This document shows, in pieces, positions 41,856 through 52,003 of a stretch of DNA of 54,451 nucleotides (position 1 is its first letter; each line of letters opens with the position of its first letter). Where the stretch lies: assembly GCA_964425655.1 (NCBI GenBank), contig CAYRMU010000001.1, positions 1 through 54,451 of the forward strand, given 5' to 3'. Source of the DNA: an uncultured Candidatus Saccharibacteria bacterium (GTDB lineage: Bacteria; Patescibacteriota; Minisyncoccia; Phycocordibacterales; UBA918). Below the pieces are notes generated by a model. The model was not told where the DNA came from. It made no database searches and saw only the letters and a list, made by a program, of their open reading frames with translations. The translations under genes were made by a program, and so were the position numbers.

Positions 41856-42509
41856 CTACCTGAGTGTCACTTTTGCAAAACTAATTTTCAGCTGGCCAAA
41901 ATCTGGATTATTAAATACGTCCACTTCCGGAAGGATCTCCACTACATATTTTGACTGATCAATTTTATCGACAACAGGCTTTGCTGCTTTGTCAGGAACA
42001 CTTCGCCAGTAATCATCGAAGATGACGACTGTGTGCTGATGCATGAGTTTGGCAACTGAATCCCAGTCACTTTGAATCGTTGCGACATCATGTCCACCGT
42101 CAATAAAAATAAAATCAAATTTTTCGGCAGAGTGTGCAAACTCAGGGAGGGTCGTTAATGTATTGCCTTGTATGAGCGTTACATCTGCATTACTTGCCGC
42201 TAAAGTATTCTGAACCTCAGCTTTACTTGGAGGACGTTTTGAAATCTCTAAATGGTACAACGCATCAGTGAGGCTTTCGAAAAGATCAAACCCAACATAC
42301 GTAACTGGCTTAGAACTATTTTTTTGCGCTACTGCTATCATTTGTACCGCACGATTTCCATTCCATGTACCGACTTCGAGGATACGAGTTGCTTTTATTT
42401 TAGTGATCTCATCAAACAGATGATGGTATCGTTTCGGTGCCTTAAACGTACTGTAATACCAATTAGTTACAGGAGAATACATAGGCCGGAGGTATTGTTT
42501 AAATGTCAT
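41856..42509 (-). CDS. class I SAM-dependent (O-)methyltransferase
   Basis: ILEVGTWNGNRAV, FIFIDGGHD, and VVIFDDY. ATG at 42509 lies 10 nt after the upstream stop. ATG at 42557 is an alternative that would overlap the upstream gene. Confidence 0.65.
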   Translation of the reverse strand: MTFKQYLRPMYSPVTNWYYSTFKAPKRYHHLFDEITKIKATRILEVGTWNGNRAVQMIAVAQKNSSKPVTYVGFDLFESLTDALYHLEISKRPPSKAEVQNTLAASNADVTLIQGNTLTTLPEFAHSAEKFDFIFIDGGHDVATIQSDWDSVAKLMHQHTVVIFDDYWRSVPDKAAKPVVDKIDQSKYVVEILPEVDVFNNPDFGQLKISFAKVTLR

Positions 42510-42519
42510 ATTGGTATTG

Positions 42520-43638
42520 TTACTTATTGGGTAGTAAATATGATAATTCCTTTTCATACGCCTTAATTACGTATTTCCAGTCATATGTAATTGCTCTATC
42601 AAACGCAGACTTGGCTAGTGTAGCACGAAGAACTCCATCATTAAGTAGTAGTGCCATTGCTGCAGCTAATTGATCTACGTTATGTTGCTCCACAAGTAAC
42701 CCAGTGACCCTATCGACGATTGCCGCTTCGGCACCGGTATCGAAGGTGCCAATCGATGGCACACCACAAAGTGCTGCTTCAAGATACACCATACCAAAAC
42801 CCTCGATGGCCCCGCCAGCATTCTGTGGCACCATCACAAAAAACTCCGCACCGCTATACAAATTCTGAAGCTCATCGTCAGAGACATCTTCTACAAGAAT
42901 CACTCGATCCTCTAAACCCTCTGCTCGGATGTAGCTATAAATTTCCTTCACATACTCTGAGGCATCGACTGTTGAGCCCACAATGACATACTTTAAATCA
43001 GGAAACGTGTTCTTGATTGCATTAAAAGCCTTAATCGAGGTGAACTGATCTTTACGTTCTTTAATAGCACCGACACTAATAATATACTTTTGCGCATAGG
43101 TATAAGTTGGTACCCGTTTTGCAAATGACTGTGTATCAACACCAACAGGAACAAACGTATGATTACCTGAGAATCTAAAAGCCAAATCTGTACTCGACTC
43201 TTCAATTTTACGTTTCACAAATTCATTTATGACAAATACTTTCGCAGCACTATGAAAAACATACTGCATCAACCACTTCTTAAATTTGTTACGGGCCGGA
43301 AACAACGAGTATGTACCAAGTGTGTGAATTACTGCAGTATGGCTTCTTCCAATGTTTGCAAGGTAAACGATGAGTGCAGCTGGCTGAACATCAAATGACA
43401 CGATAACGTCATACGTACTTGTGAACGACCGCACCTTAATAAGATCAATCACAGTCCCGAAGCACTTCTTTATAGAGAAGCGGAAATCAATTTTAAGATG
43501 CGTAGGCGAATCGCTATCGCCAGATGTAATATAGCCAACTTCATGACCCTCAGAAACAAGCCCATTAGCGATACTGGTGACCATCCTCCCTAAACCTGCT
43601 TTAGGATTAATATTGTCGGCAACAAAACAAATCTTCAC
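42520..43638 (-). CDS. family 4 (GT-B) glycosyltransferase
   Basis: EGFGMVYLEAALCGVPSIGT (E-x7-E). The start codon is GTG at 43638 (MKICFVADN). Confidence 0.85.
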   Translation of the reverse strand: MKICFVADNINPKAGLGRMVTSIANGLVSEGHEVGYITSGDSDSPTHLKIDFRFSIKKCFGTVIDLIKVRSFTSTYDVIVSFDVQPAALIVYLANIGRSHTAVIHTLGTYSLFPARNKFKKWLMQYVFHSAAKVFVINEFVKRKIEESSTDLAFRFSGNHTFVPVGVDTQSFAKRVPTYTYAQKYIISVGAIKERKDQFTSIKAFNAIKNTFPDLKYVIVGSTVDASEYVKEIYSYIRAEGLEDRVILVEDVSDDELQNLYSGAEFFVMVPQNAGGAIEGFGMVYLEAALCGVPSIGTFDTGAEAAIVDRVTGLLVEQHNVDQLAAAMALLLNDGVLRATLAKSAFDRAITYDWKYVIKAYEKELSYLLPNK

Positions 43639-43640
43639 AA

Positions 43641-44030
43641 TTAATCAATCATTACATCAACACGCACAGTATCTTCTTCATAACCGTTTGCTAAACGATT
43701 TAGTGTAGTGATATCAATCATGACACTTTGTTCTTCAGCAATATAGGTGTGAACGATTCCTGGAGGTATCTCGGTAGCCATACCAGCTTCAAGAACATGG
43801 TCTTCACGAGCTGAGCCGTCTGGCAAGCATACGACTAATCTAATTTTTCCGCTCAAGATGTAGTCATACTGTGTTGACTGCTTATGGTAATGCTTTGCTC
43901 TAAGTGCCCCGGCTGCAAAATCAATAAGACCAATGTGGCTTACTGGTTTATCAAGAATATCTGTAATACTACCTCGCGCATCGGTAAACGCTGGATTGAC
44001 TTTGGTTATTGTGATTAGTTTACTGTCCAT
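43641..44030 (-). CDS. cupin-fold sugar-nucleotide enzyme, FdtA/WxcM-like 3,4-ketoisomerase candidate
   Basis: The 129-aa protein has FTDARGSITDIL...LRAKHYHKQSTQYDYILSGKIRLVV, which resembles the FdtA pattern. Confidence 0.5.
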   Translation of the reverse strand: MDSKLITITKVNPAFTDARGSITDILDKPVSHIGLIDFAAGALRAKHYHKQSTQYDYILSGKIRLVVCLPDGSAREDHVLEAGMATEIPPGIVHTYIAEEQSVMIDITTLNRLANGYEEDTVRVDVMID

Positions 44031-44045
44031 ATAATTATATTACGG

Positions 44046-45311
44046 CTATACAACAACGGGAAAAGGAATCGGTATAATAAACTTCCCTCCCTGCGCTTTA
44101 AATGCTGCTAAATTTTGCATAATCTCCTCTGCAAAGTTCCAAGCGAGAATCAGTGCGTAATCAGGTTGATCTTCCAGAAACTTTGCATCACTATAGATTG
44201 GGATGTGAGTACCTGGTGTGTAGAGACCCTGCTTAAACTCACTCTTTTCAGTAATGTAGTCAAGGTAGTAGCCATCGATATTACAAAAGTTAAGTAGCGT
44301 ATTACCTTTAGCAGGTGCTGAAATACCAACAATAGTTTTTCCTTCTTGCTTTAAGGTTTCAAGCAGGGTAACTAATTGAGCACGCTGAGCATATACTTCA
44401 CGCGCAAATTGCGAAAGTCTCTCTGTGGTGTATAGACCAAACGTTTGCTCCTTTTCCAAATAATCCGTTACTGCAGTTGATACCACATGTTTGCCAGCAT
44501 GCCCCACATAGTAACGCAAGGTACCACCGTGTATGTCACGATGGAGCACATCAAACAGTTCTAAGCCAAACCGTTTAAAATATGCCTGCATAGGTTTTAC
44601 AGATAGGTACCCAATGTGCTGGTGGTACGTAGTGTCGTATTCAACTTTTTCAATAAAATCAAGTGCGTACGGGGCTTCTATAACCAGTACCCCGTCCTCA
44701 TCGAGCAGTGCAGCGATACCCTCTGTAGCTGAATCGATATCATGTAGGTGAGCGAACACATTTGTTCCCGTCACAACTTTAGCAGTACCAAACTCAGACA
44801 CTATTTGTTTCGCTACATCTCTAGAGAAATAATCGATAATGGTTTTTATACCATTAGCATTTGCTTTACTCGCAACTTTTTCTGCCGGATCAACTCCCAG
44901 CACATTGAATCCCTGCTCTTTGAAGCCCGTTAGGAGCACCCCAACGTTACTTCCAATATCTACTGCTAAGCTACTCCCATCTTGAGCGAAACTAAACTTA
45001 GCAGCAATGTCAGCTGCCATTTGTTTATAGTGGGCAACGCCGCTTTTCGTGATTGAGGATTCGTAAACATAGTTAGTCCGGTAGAGAATGTCAGGATTAA
45101 CAAAGTAGTCAATCTGCAACAACCCGCAGTCACTGCAAGAAACGAGCCTGAGGGGAAACATATGTTCCACCTCTGAAAGTCTCTCCTTTTCTAGAAAGTC
45201 ATCTGAGTGTGGGTGCATACCGAGATCTATCACCAGGCCTAATTTGGGCGAGGCGCACATATGGCAAGCGGTAGCCACCCTTCCGTAATCCATGGATTGC
45301 ATGAAATTCAT
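44046..45311 (-). CDS. NDP-hexose C-methyltransferase-like (zinc-ribbon + SAM MT + C-methyltransferase C-terminal domain)
   Basis: C-x2-C ... C-x2-C (CHMCAS...CSDCGL), VDIGSNVGVLL, and a TylCIII-like length of 421 aa. Confidence 0.7.
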   Translation of the reverse strand: MNFMQSMDYGRVATACHMCASPKLGLVIDLGMHPHSDDFLEKERLSEVEHMFPLRLVSCSDCGLLQIDYFVNPDILYRTNYVYESSITKSGVAHYKQMAADIAAKFSFAQDGSSLAVDIGSNVGVLLTGFKEQGFNVLGVDPAEKVASKANANGIKTIIDYFSRDVAKQIVSEFGTAKVVTGTNVFAHLHDIDSATEGIAALLDEDGVLVIEAPYALDFIEKVEYDTTYHQHIGYLSVKPMQAYFKRFGLELFDVLHRDIHGGTLRYYVGHAGKHVVSTAVTDYLEKEQTFGLYTTERLSQFAREVYAQRAQLVTLLETLKQEGKTIVGISAPAKGNTLLNFCNIDGYYLDYITEKSEFKQGLYTPGTHIPIYSDAKFLEDQPDYALILAWNFAEEIMQNLAAFKAQGGKFIIPIPFPVVV

Positions 45312-45312
45312 A

Positions 45313-46305
45313 TTATGACTTTTTAACTGCCGCTATGTCAGCGTCGACCAGAATTTTTACCAATTCCTTAAACTTTGTTTTAGGCTCCCAACCTAGTACA
45401 GCCTTTGCTTTAGCTGGATTACCGCGCAAGAGATCAACTTCAGCAGGTCGAAATAATTGCTCCTTAATGTCAACATATTTTTTCCAATCTAGTCCAACAT
45501 ACGAAAACGCTTCTTCTAAAAACTCCTTCACAGAATGAGACTCATTTGTCGCTAGCACAAAGTCATCTGGCTTGTCCTGTTGTAGCATGCGCCACATTGC
45601 CTCTACGTACTCAGGAGCATAACCCCAGTCTCGCTGTGCATCGACATTCCCTAAGAAAATCTTTTCCTGCCTTCCCGCTAGAATGTTTGCCACACCAATA
45701 GATATTTTTCGTGTCACAAAATTTGGACCACGACGAGGTGACTCATGATTAAATAGAATGCCGCTTGAAATGAACATACCGTACGATTCTTTGTAATTTT
45801 TACACATCCAATGTGCGTACAGCTTACTTACCGCATACGGACTTCGTGGATAAAACGGAGTTGTTTCAGTTTGAGGAGTCTCAATCACTTTACCGTAGAG
45901 CTCTGAGGTTGATGCTTGGTAAATTTTAGTATTCGTTAGATTATTATTTCTCACTGCCTCGAGGATGCGTGTCGTGCCGAGTCCAGTCACATCTCCAGTG
46001 TATTCTGGTATATCAAAACTCACCCGCACATCACTCATAGCCCCCAAGTTATAAATCTCGGTCGGCCTAACCGCCTTAATGACACGCTCAATACCGCTTG
46101 AATCACTTAAGTCACCATAGTGCAAATGTAGATTGTTGTGTGCTGCCAAATACCCATGATCAACCTTTCCATTATCTGCGCCAATATAAAAACTGCTTGA
46201 ACGCCGCACTATTCCATGAACTTCATATCCCTTTTCAAGTAAGAGCTCAGCGAGATATGACCCATCCTGTCCAGTGATTCCTGTAATAAGGGCGACATTT
46301 GACAT
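45313..46305 (-). CDS. gmd: GDP-mannose 4,6-dehydratase (paralogue 1)
   Basis: [40 protein letters not shown], and [11 protein letters not shown]. Confidence 0.9.
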   Translation of the reverse strand: MSNVALITGITGQDGSYLAELLLEKGYEVHGIVRRSSSFYIGADNGKVDHGYLAAHNNLHLHYGDLSDSSGIERVIKAVRPTEIYNLGAMSDVRVSFDIPEYTGDVTGLGTTRILEAVRNNNLTNTKIYQASTSELYGKVIETPQTETTPFYPRSPYAVSKLYAHWMCKNYKESYGMFISSGILFNHESPRRGPNFVTRKISIGVANILAGRQEKIFLGNVDAQRDWGYAPEYVEAMWRMLQQDKPDDFVLATNESHSVKEFLEEAFSYVGLDWKKYVDIKEQLFRPAEVDLLRGNPAKAKAVLGWEPKTKFKELVKILVDADIAAVKKS

Positions 46306-46402
46306 ACGCTATAGAACTCAGATAGTAAATAATTAGTTGCACCATTATAAACTTGATTAGCTATAATCACCAACAGTAAAATATGGTATAGTTTGATTAA
46401 TT

Positions 46403-47122
46403 ATGGAGCCTGAATCCAAGAAAATCCTTATTATAGGCGCAACAGGTGGCATCGGCTCTGCAATCGCTCGATCTCTAGCTAGACCAGAAATTCATTTAGT
46501 CCTCCACGGAACGAATGGCGATACGCTTGAATCTTTGACGAACATACTTGCTCCCACGTGTGCGAGTGCAACGTCATATGCAGCCGATCTCACGAACGAA
46601 GAATCGGCTCGTCTATTTTGTAACCACGTAACAGCTACAGCGCACGAACCATTTGACTGGATCATCTACTGCGCAGGCTTTATCGACGAGACTGAACCGC
46701 ACAGACTCATTTCTGCGAATAGTGCCCTCAAAACCTTTACTATTAATGTGCTATCTGCCCACGCAATCATACAAGCTTGCGAGTCCACAATCTCCAATCA
46801 AGGTGGCGTCCTGCTAATCTCTTCGACCGCCGGTCTATGGGGCAATGGCGAGTATCCAGTGTATGCTGCTTCTAAGGCAGCTTTAAATAACCTAGGGAAG
46901 TCACTCGCTAAGCGCTGGGGAAACAATAAAAAAGCTATCGTTATTTGTCCTGGACCAACCAATACTGCTATGCGCGAAAAAATTGCTCATGACGCGGAAA
47001 CACATCAATCCCCCCTAGAAATAGGGAAATTGGTATCAAAGATTATTTCTGATGCACAGACGTACTCGTCTGGTACAATTATTCAGATCCGCAATAGTGA
47101 AGTAACACGTATTCAAGAATAG
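46403..47122 (+). CDS. short-chain dehydrogenase/reductase
   Basis: IIGATGGIGSAIA and YAASKAAL. Confidence 0.85.
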   Translation: MEPESKKILIIGATGGIGSAIARSLARPEIHLVLHGTNGDTLESLTNILAPTCASATSYAADLTNEESARLFCNHVTATAHEPFDWIIYCAGFIDETEPHRLISANSALKTFTINVLSAHAIIQACESTISNQGGVLLISSTAGLWGNGEYPVYAASKAALNNLGKSLAKRWGNNKKAIVICPGPTNTAMREKIAHDAETHQSPLEIGKLVSKIISDAQTYSSGTIIQIRNSEVTRIQE

Positions 47123-47132
47123 CAATTATTTT

Positions 47133-47639
47133 ATGGAAAAACTAAACGCATACAGAGACAACAGAGAGGCTTTCAATATTCATGGTAGTGCAGTACTCGT
47201 AAAAACTGACAAAGGCACCCTGCTATTCCACCTGAAGGATGGTGGTGCACCAAGTGGTGACGCTGACCAAATTTCAACGTTTGGAGGAGCTCGCGAACCC
47301 CATATTGACGGGCGAAATTTCAAGACCAAAGAGCTGACACATGAGGCAGCTAAACGAGAACTCATGGAAGAACTATCATTGACAGAGGGTCAAATAAAAA
47401 GTATCAGTCCATTCGGCTATCAAAGCTTTAATTACCCAGATAATCCTGCTAAAGGATTTTCAGTACACATGGCAGAGCTCATACCGGGTATTTCAGCTAC
47501 TGACCTAGATGTAACAGAAGGTGCTGGAGTTATTGAAGGAACACTCGATGAAATACTCGAACGAAAAAACATTTTTCCTCCTATTCGTGAGATGCTTGAA
47601 CGAAATCGTGAAAGGATTGAAAAATGGACCTCAGAGTAA
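47133..47639 (+). CDS. Nudix-like hydrolase
   Basis: E-x7-RELMEELSL matches the Nudix box core. The G-to-E spacing is one residue longer than canonical. Confidence 0.45.
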   Translation: MEKLNAYRDNREAFNIHGSAVLVKTDKGTLLFHLKDGGAPSGDADQISTFGGAREPHIDGRNFKTKELTHEAAKRELMEELSLTEGQIKSISPFGYQSFNYPDNPAKGFSVHMAELIPGISATDLDVTEGAGVIEGTLDEILERKNIFPPIREMLERNRERIEKWTSE

Positions 47640-47756
47640 GCCCGTTTAAGGCTGTAGTATAACTATTTGAGTCTATCGGTTTAACTTTGGGGAACTACTA
47701 GAGGGCTTACTGGTAAATCTATACCGCACGACTGAAGTCATGATGCACACGTGCGG

Positions 47757-48587
47757 TTATTTCCAGGCAATTAATTTAGAAGAATAGTTTTTCTTACTCC
47801 GACCTATTACATAGGGAAATGTAATACCTGTCTCAATCACATACTTGAACCCTGCTTCATCTAACCTTGTGAGCATCCGACCTAATGGGTACATCGTATT
47901 TTCTCCATCGAAATGGTACTCAATAAATAGCTTCTTAATTAACGACAGCTTTCCATTCGCTGCCAACTCATCGAGCACCTCTCCTTCTGCACCTTCTATA
48001 TCAAGCTTTACAACATCAATCTGCTCATTAATAAACGACGACAGAGTGAGCATCTTGACCTGTAGGGCCTCTAAAGGTCGTTCTTTGTTAGTGAGATGCT
48101 TGGTGGCACTAGCACTTTGGGATGAGACATCTTCACTATCTGTATATATAGTCATCTCACCAGCTTCACCTGCTACACCTGCATTGTAGAGCTCCACTGA
48201 AAATGTATTGCGCTCAAGATTACGTTTTAAAACCTCGAATGTGTGCGGATTAGGTTCAAATGAAGTGACGACTGAGTTGGGTGCTAGAAACTTGAAATAT
48301 GCTACCGACATCCCAATATTCGAGCCACAATCGATAATGCGCAGCTTTTCATTCGTTGGCGCAATAAGATAATTTTGCTCGAGGAATATTTCTTTAAACA
48401 TTCCATAGAAGCTACCGCGATTACCATACTCAAAGGTAAAACCAACGATATTTTCATACCCGCTTGATACCGTGCCTCGAAAACGGTTTTTCACTAAAAT
48501 TCTCAACCACGTGTAAAAAACTTTACTCGCTACATTGAGCGGGTAATACTTAAAAATATTATGTGTGTTCTGGGTAAGTCTTTTCAT
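47757..48587 (-). CDS. FkbM-family methyltransferase
   Basis: IIDCGSNIGMSVAYF and VKLDIEGAEGEVL. ATG at 48587 overlaps the gmd2 stop as ATGA. Confidence 0.75.
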   Translation of the reverse strand: MKRLTQNTHNIFKYYPLNVASKVFYTWLRILVKNRFRGTVSSGYENIVGFTFEYGNRGSFYGMFKEIFLEQNYLIAPTNEKLRIIDCGSNIGMSVAYFKFLAPNSVVTSFEPNPHTFEVLKRNLERNTFSVELYNAGVAGEAGEMTIYTDSEDVSSQSASATKHLTNKERPLEALQVKMLTLSSFINEQIDVVKLDIEGAEGEVLDELAANGKLSLIKKLFIEYHFDGENTMYPLGRMLTRLDEAGFKYVIETGITFPYVIGRSKKNYSSKLIAWK

Positions 48588-49603
48588 TGCTGTACTGTCA
48601 TTATATCTGCCTCGCACATCATTTCTACGAGCTGCACGAACGAAACTTCAGGTTGCCAACCAAGTTTACTACGTGCTTTTGCTGGGTTGCCTTGCATAAA
48701 ATTTAACTCATGCGGACGGTAAAATTCTGGATTAATCTTTACCAGTATATTACCAGTCTTAGCATCTCGCCCTGTTTCCGATTCATTCTCCCCTTCCCAG
48801 ACAATTTCAAACCCAAAGTAACGCGCTGTTATTTCTACGAACTCACGGACCGTATGCGACTCTCCGCTAGCAATGACGAAGTCTTCGGGTGTGTCTTGCT
48901 GCAACATAAGGTGCATAGCACGGACATAGTCACCAGCAAAGCCCCAATCCCGGACTGCGTTAAGGTTCCCTAGCTCAATGTGTGTCTGTGCACCAGCAGC
49001 AATTTTGGCAAAAGAATGAGTAATTTTTCTTGTTACAAACTGTTTCCCTCGACGTGGTGATTCATGATTAAACAAAATACCGGACACAGCAAAAGCATTT
49101 TGGGTATTTCGCTTATTTACAATAAAGTCTTCATGAGCACGCAGCTTAGCTTCTGCATACGGACTCTCTGGAGCAAATGGCGTATCCTCACTCTGGGGTG
49201 CTGGCGAGTTGCCAAACATCTCACTGGTTGAGGCTTGGTAGATTCGAACCTGTGAATTCACCGCCAACGCCTCGTTTACCACCCTCCCTAAGCCGTAGTA
49301 GTTAATATCCCAGGTTTCCTCAGGCTGCTTAAATGAAAGTCCGACATGTGACTGTGCAGCTAAGTTATACACTTCATCAGGCCCAACCACTTCCATTATC
49401 GCCTTTACTTGACTCAGATCTCTAACGTTGCCCGTATGGAATGTGATTTTTCGACCAGCAAACCATTCGTTTATGTTTTCCGTTGATGAAGTTTCAGTGC
49501 TGCGCACAATTGCATGGACCTCGTACCCATTATCAAGTAGAAGTGGCGCTAAGTATGAACCGTCTTGACCTGAAATACCTGTGATGAGTGCTACTTTAGA
49601 CAT
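48584..49603 (-). CDS. gmd: GDP-mannose 4,6-dehydratase family (paralogue 2)
   Basis: [36 protein letters not shown], and [11 protein letters not shown]. Confidence 0.88.
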   Translation of the reverse strand: MSKVALITGISGQDGSYLAPLLLDNGYEVHAIVRSTETSSTENINEWFAGRKITFHTGNVRDLSQVKAIMEVVGPDEVYNLAAQSHVGLSFKQPEETWDINYYGLGRVVNEALAVNSQVRIYQASTSEMFGNSPAPQSEDTPFAPESPYAEAKLRAHEDFIVNKRNTQNAFAVSGILFNHESPRRGKQFVTRKITHSFAKIAAGAQTHIELGNLNAVRDWGFAGDYVRAMHLMLQQDTPEDFVIASGESHTVREFVEITARYFGFEIVWEGENESETGRDAKTGNILVKINPEFYRPHELNFMQGNPAKARSKLGWQPEVSFVQLVEMMCEADIMTVQQ

Positions 49604-49690
49604 AATCTGAATGTAATATCGGTATTATAGGGCTTTTTACATAAATACGCACGAAGTACAGGCGTGCCTACCCAGAAAGGGTAAAAATAG

Positions 49691-50782
49691 TTATTGCGAA
49701 ACTTTCACAATAACTTCTGCGTAGGTAGCAGCACTCTTTTCCCATGAAAAATGAGACGCCCGCTCGTACCCTTTTTTAATCAACTCTTCGCGGACACTAT
49801 CGTCCTGAAGCGTAAGCATTGCGCTAGCGAAGCCATCGACATCATGCGAATCCACAGTCAGTGCATAGCCATTGGCTACTTCACCCTGAGCACTATTTGC
49901 AGAAGAAATTACGGGCACACCGCACGACATTGCTTCAACAATCACCATACCGAAACCTTCAATATGACTCGGAAACACGAACGCTCGCGCCTTCGTGTAT
50001 AAGGTTACCAGTTCTTCGTTTGTGACGTAGCCTTTGAAAATAATATCTTCACTGTAGCCGGAATTTTTCGCTACTTCCTCAATCTCGCGAGCATACTCAT
50101 TTGCACGCTTTCCCACAATAATAAGCTTTGCCTGCAACCCCGCGTCTCTTGCCTTTATAAACGCCTGAATTGCCGTACGCTGATTTTTTCGTGGCTTCAC
50201 GACACCCACCATCAGGTAGTATGACTCCGGTACATCCAAATGAGCATCTGATTCATAAATCTCACATACACGAGTAAAGCCGCACATGGCAACTGAGACA
50301 GTTTCAGGTGCTACAAACGGAAAAAACTTGTGTACATCTACTTTTGTGGCTTCTGAAATCGCAACGACGTGGGCCGCTCTTTTGAAGGAAAGTTTTTCTA
50401 TATACTGCAAACCCATCCGCTTGCACCTAGCTACAAATGGCAATTCAAAGCTATCGTAGTAGCTTGATAAGTCTGGCACAATCACGATGCTTTTTTTCGG
50501 TCGTGCAAAAAATGGCAACGTTGGATTTAAGTACAACCAAACGTCCACGTCACGATTTTTGATTACGGCTAAATCTTTCCAAAGAAACGTATGTGGTAGA
50601 AAATGCACAGAGACGTTTTTGTATTTTGAAAATACATCCGTGTTCGGATTTCCCTTAACACATACGACAAACTTCCAGTCTGGCTTCTGCTCTATCAAAG
50701 CTTGCGAGAGGTGTAAAATAAACACCCCTAACCCAGATGGAGACTGTTCGCTATACGGACTTAGTGCAATACCAACTTTCAT
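49691..50782 (-). CDS. family 4 (GT-B) glycosyltransferase
   Basis: EGFGMVIVEAMSCGVPVISS. Confidence 0.85.
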   Translation of the reverse strand: MKVGIALSPYSEQSPSGLGVFILHLSQALIEQKPDWKFVVCVKGNPNTDVFSKYKNVSVHFLPHTFLWKDLAVIKNRDVDVWLYLNPTLPFFARPKKSIVIVPDLSSYYDSFELPFVARCKRMGLQYIEKLSFKRAAHVVAISEATKVDVHKFFPFVAPETVSVAMCGFTRVCEIYESDAHLDVPESYYLMVGVVKPRKNQRTAIQAFIKARDAGLQAKLIIVGKRANEYAREIEEVAKNSGYSEDIIFKGYVTNEELVTLYTKARAFVFPSHIEGFGMVIVEAMSCGVPVISSANSAQGEVANGYALTVDSHDVDGFASAMLTLQDDSVREELIKKGYERASHFSWEKSAATYAEVIVKVSQ

Positions 50783-50788
50783 ATGTTC

Positions 50789-51973
50789 CTAAATGAGACT
50801 ACCGACAAACGAAATAATCCTCTGCGCCCTTCTATCCCACGTGTACTCCAAAGCAGCCAATCCAGCCGTCTTTGCCTTTTCTGCAGACGCATCCTGAGCA
50901 TCAATAGCGCTATGGATACTACTCGATAAGCTCTGTATATCTCCGGAAGCAAAAAAGTACGCATTCTGTTCGTTGAGAACTTCCCGGAGTGAAGGAATAT
51001 CGGACGCGACTATACATTTCGCGCTTGCCATATATTCAAACAGCTTCATAGGTGAGGTATAGAGGTTACTATAGGTATCACTTGCCAAATCAGGCAAGAC
51101 CACAATATCAGCGCACGCAAGCAACCGTGGAATCTCATGATGATCTACCTGACCAACTATAGAAATATTTTTAAAGCTACCGTACCGCTCTTTAAACGCC
51201 GGCACCTGATACTCCAATCCTCCAACAAACACCACATGCACGTTTTCCGAAAGCAACGGTGCAGCGTCAGCCAAGGTATGCACCCCCTTCTCTACCCCGA
51301 GACTACCAGTATACATGACGATTTTTTTATCTCTCGGGAGATTAAATTTTTCGTATACAGCTAGGTCCTTAGGGACATTCATAAACCTATCAATGTTGAC
51401 AGCATCCCGAGCCACCAAGATTTTATGAGCAGAAATACCAAACTCTTGTACCAAACGTAGTTTCAGTCGCTCAGTTATGACGACAACACCGTTTATGCGA
51501 CGCAAGAAAAAGCGATACCATTTGTCGTGATTCCTAATTTGATGTGTTTCAAAGAAAACCGGGAAGAAGTAAAAAAATGGAAAAAGTAGAAAAATCACTT
51601 CTCCACGAACATAGAGCACGACTTTCTCCCTTCGAAGAAGGGCTCGTACGAAGACAAACATCAGGTACGCACACAGACTGGGAGCATACGTGACTGAGCG
51701 CAAATAAAATCGCCAGCGCACTAGGAATGGGAGATCTAGTGCCGGTAGACGCGTTAAACTAAGATTTGTCGCTGTTTCAAATGATGGTGCCTCAGCAAAA
51801 AACGGCGTCACAAGGGTTACATGGTTGCAGCATAATCCTAACGCTGCAGCGGTTTGGGTAATCTGGAGACTATGTGCCCGTCCCGTTGGTATGCGTGCGT
51901 TTACAACGTACAGAATATTAATGTTTGGGGCATTCATGTGTGATTGGTATACAGTATAACGAATAAAATTCAT
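50789..51973 (-). CDS. family 4-like (GT-B) glycosyltransferase
   Basis: GVEKGVHTL and SPMKLFEYMASAKCIVASDIPSLREV. An alternative ATG lies at 51937. Confidence 0.75.
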   Translation of the reverse strand: MNFIRYTVYQSHMNAPNINILYVVNARIPTGRAHSLQITQTAAALGLCCNHVTLVTPFFAEAPSFETATNLSLTRLPALDLPFLVRWRFYLRSVTYAPSLCAYLMFVFVRALLRREKVVLYVRGEVIFLLFPFFYFFPVFFETHQIRNHDKWYRFFLRRINGVVVITERLKLRLVQEFGISAHKILVARDAVNIDRFMNVPKDLAVYEKFNLPRDKKIVMYTGSLGVEKGVHTLADAAPLLSENVHVVFVGGLEYQVPAFKERYGSFKNISIVGQVDHHEIPRLLACADIVVLPDLASDTYSNLYTSPMKLFEYMASAKCIVASDIPSLREVLNEQNAYFFASGDIQSLSSSIHSAIDAQDASAEKAKTAGLAALEYTWDRRAQRIISFVGSLI

Positions 51974-52003
51974 GGGAAGTTACCACCCAATCAATAGCCA
52001 AAA

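Noticed and set aside
47640-47756. Possible terminator hairpins in the convergent Nudix/FkbM gap (agcc-cgtttaa-ggct; ccgcacg...cgtgcgg)
   Set aside because: The stems are only 4-7 bp, with long loops and no clear T-tracts. This is too weak to annotate.
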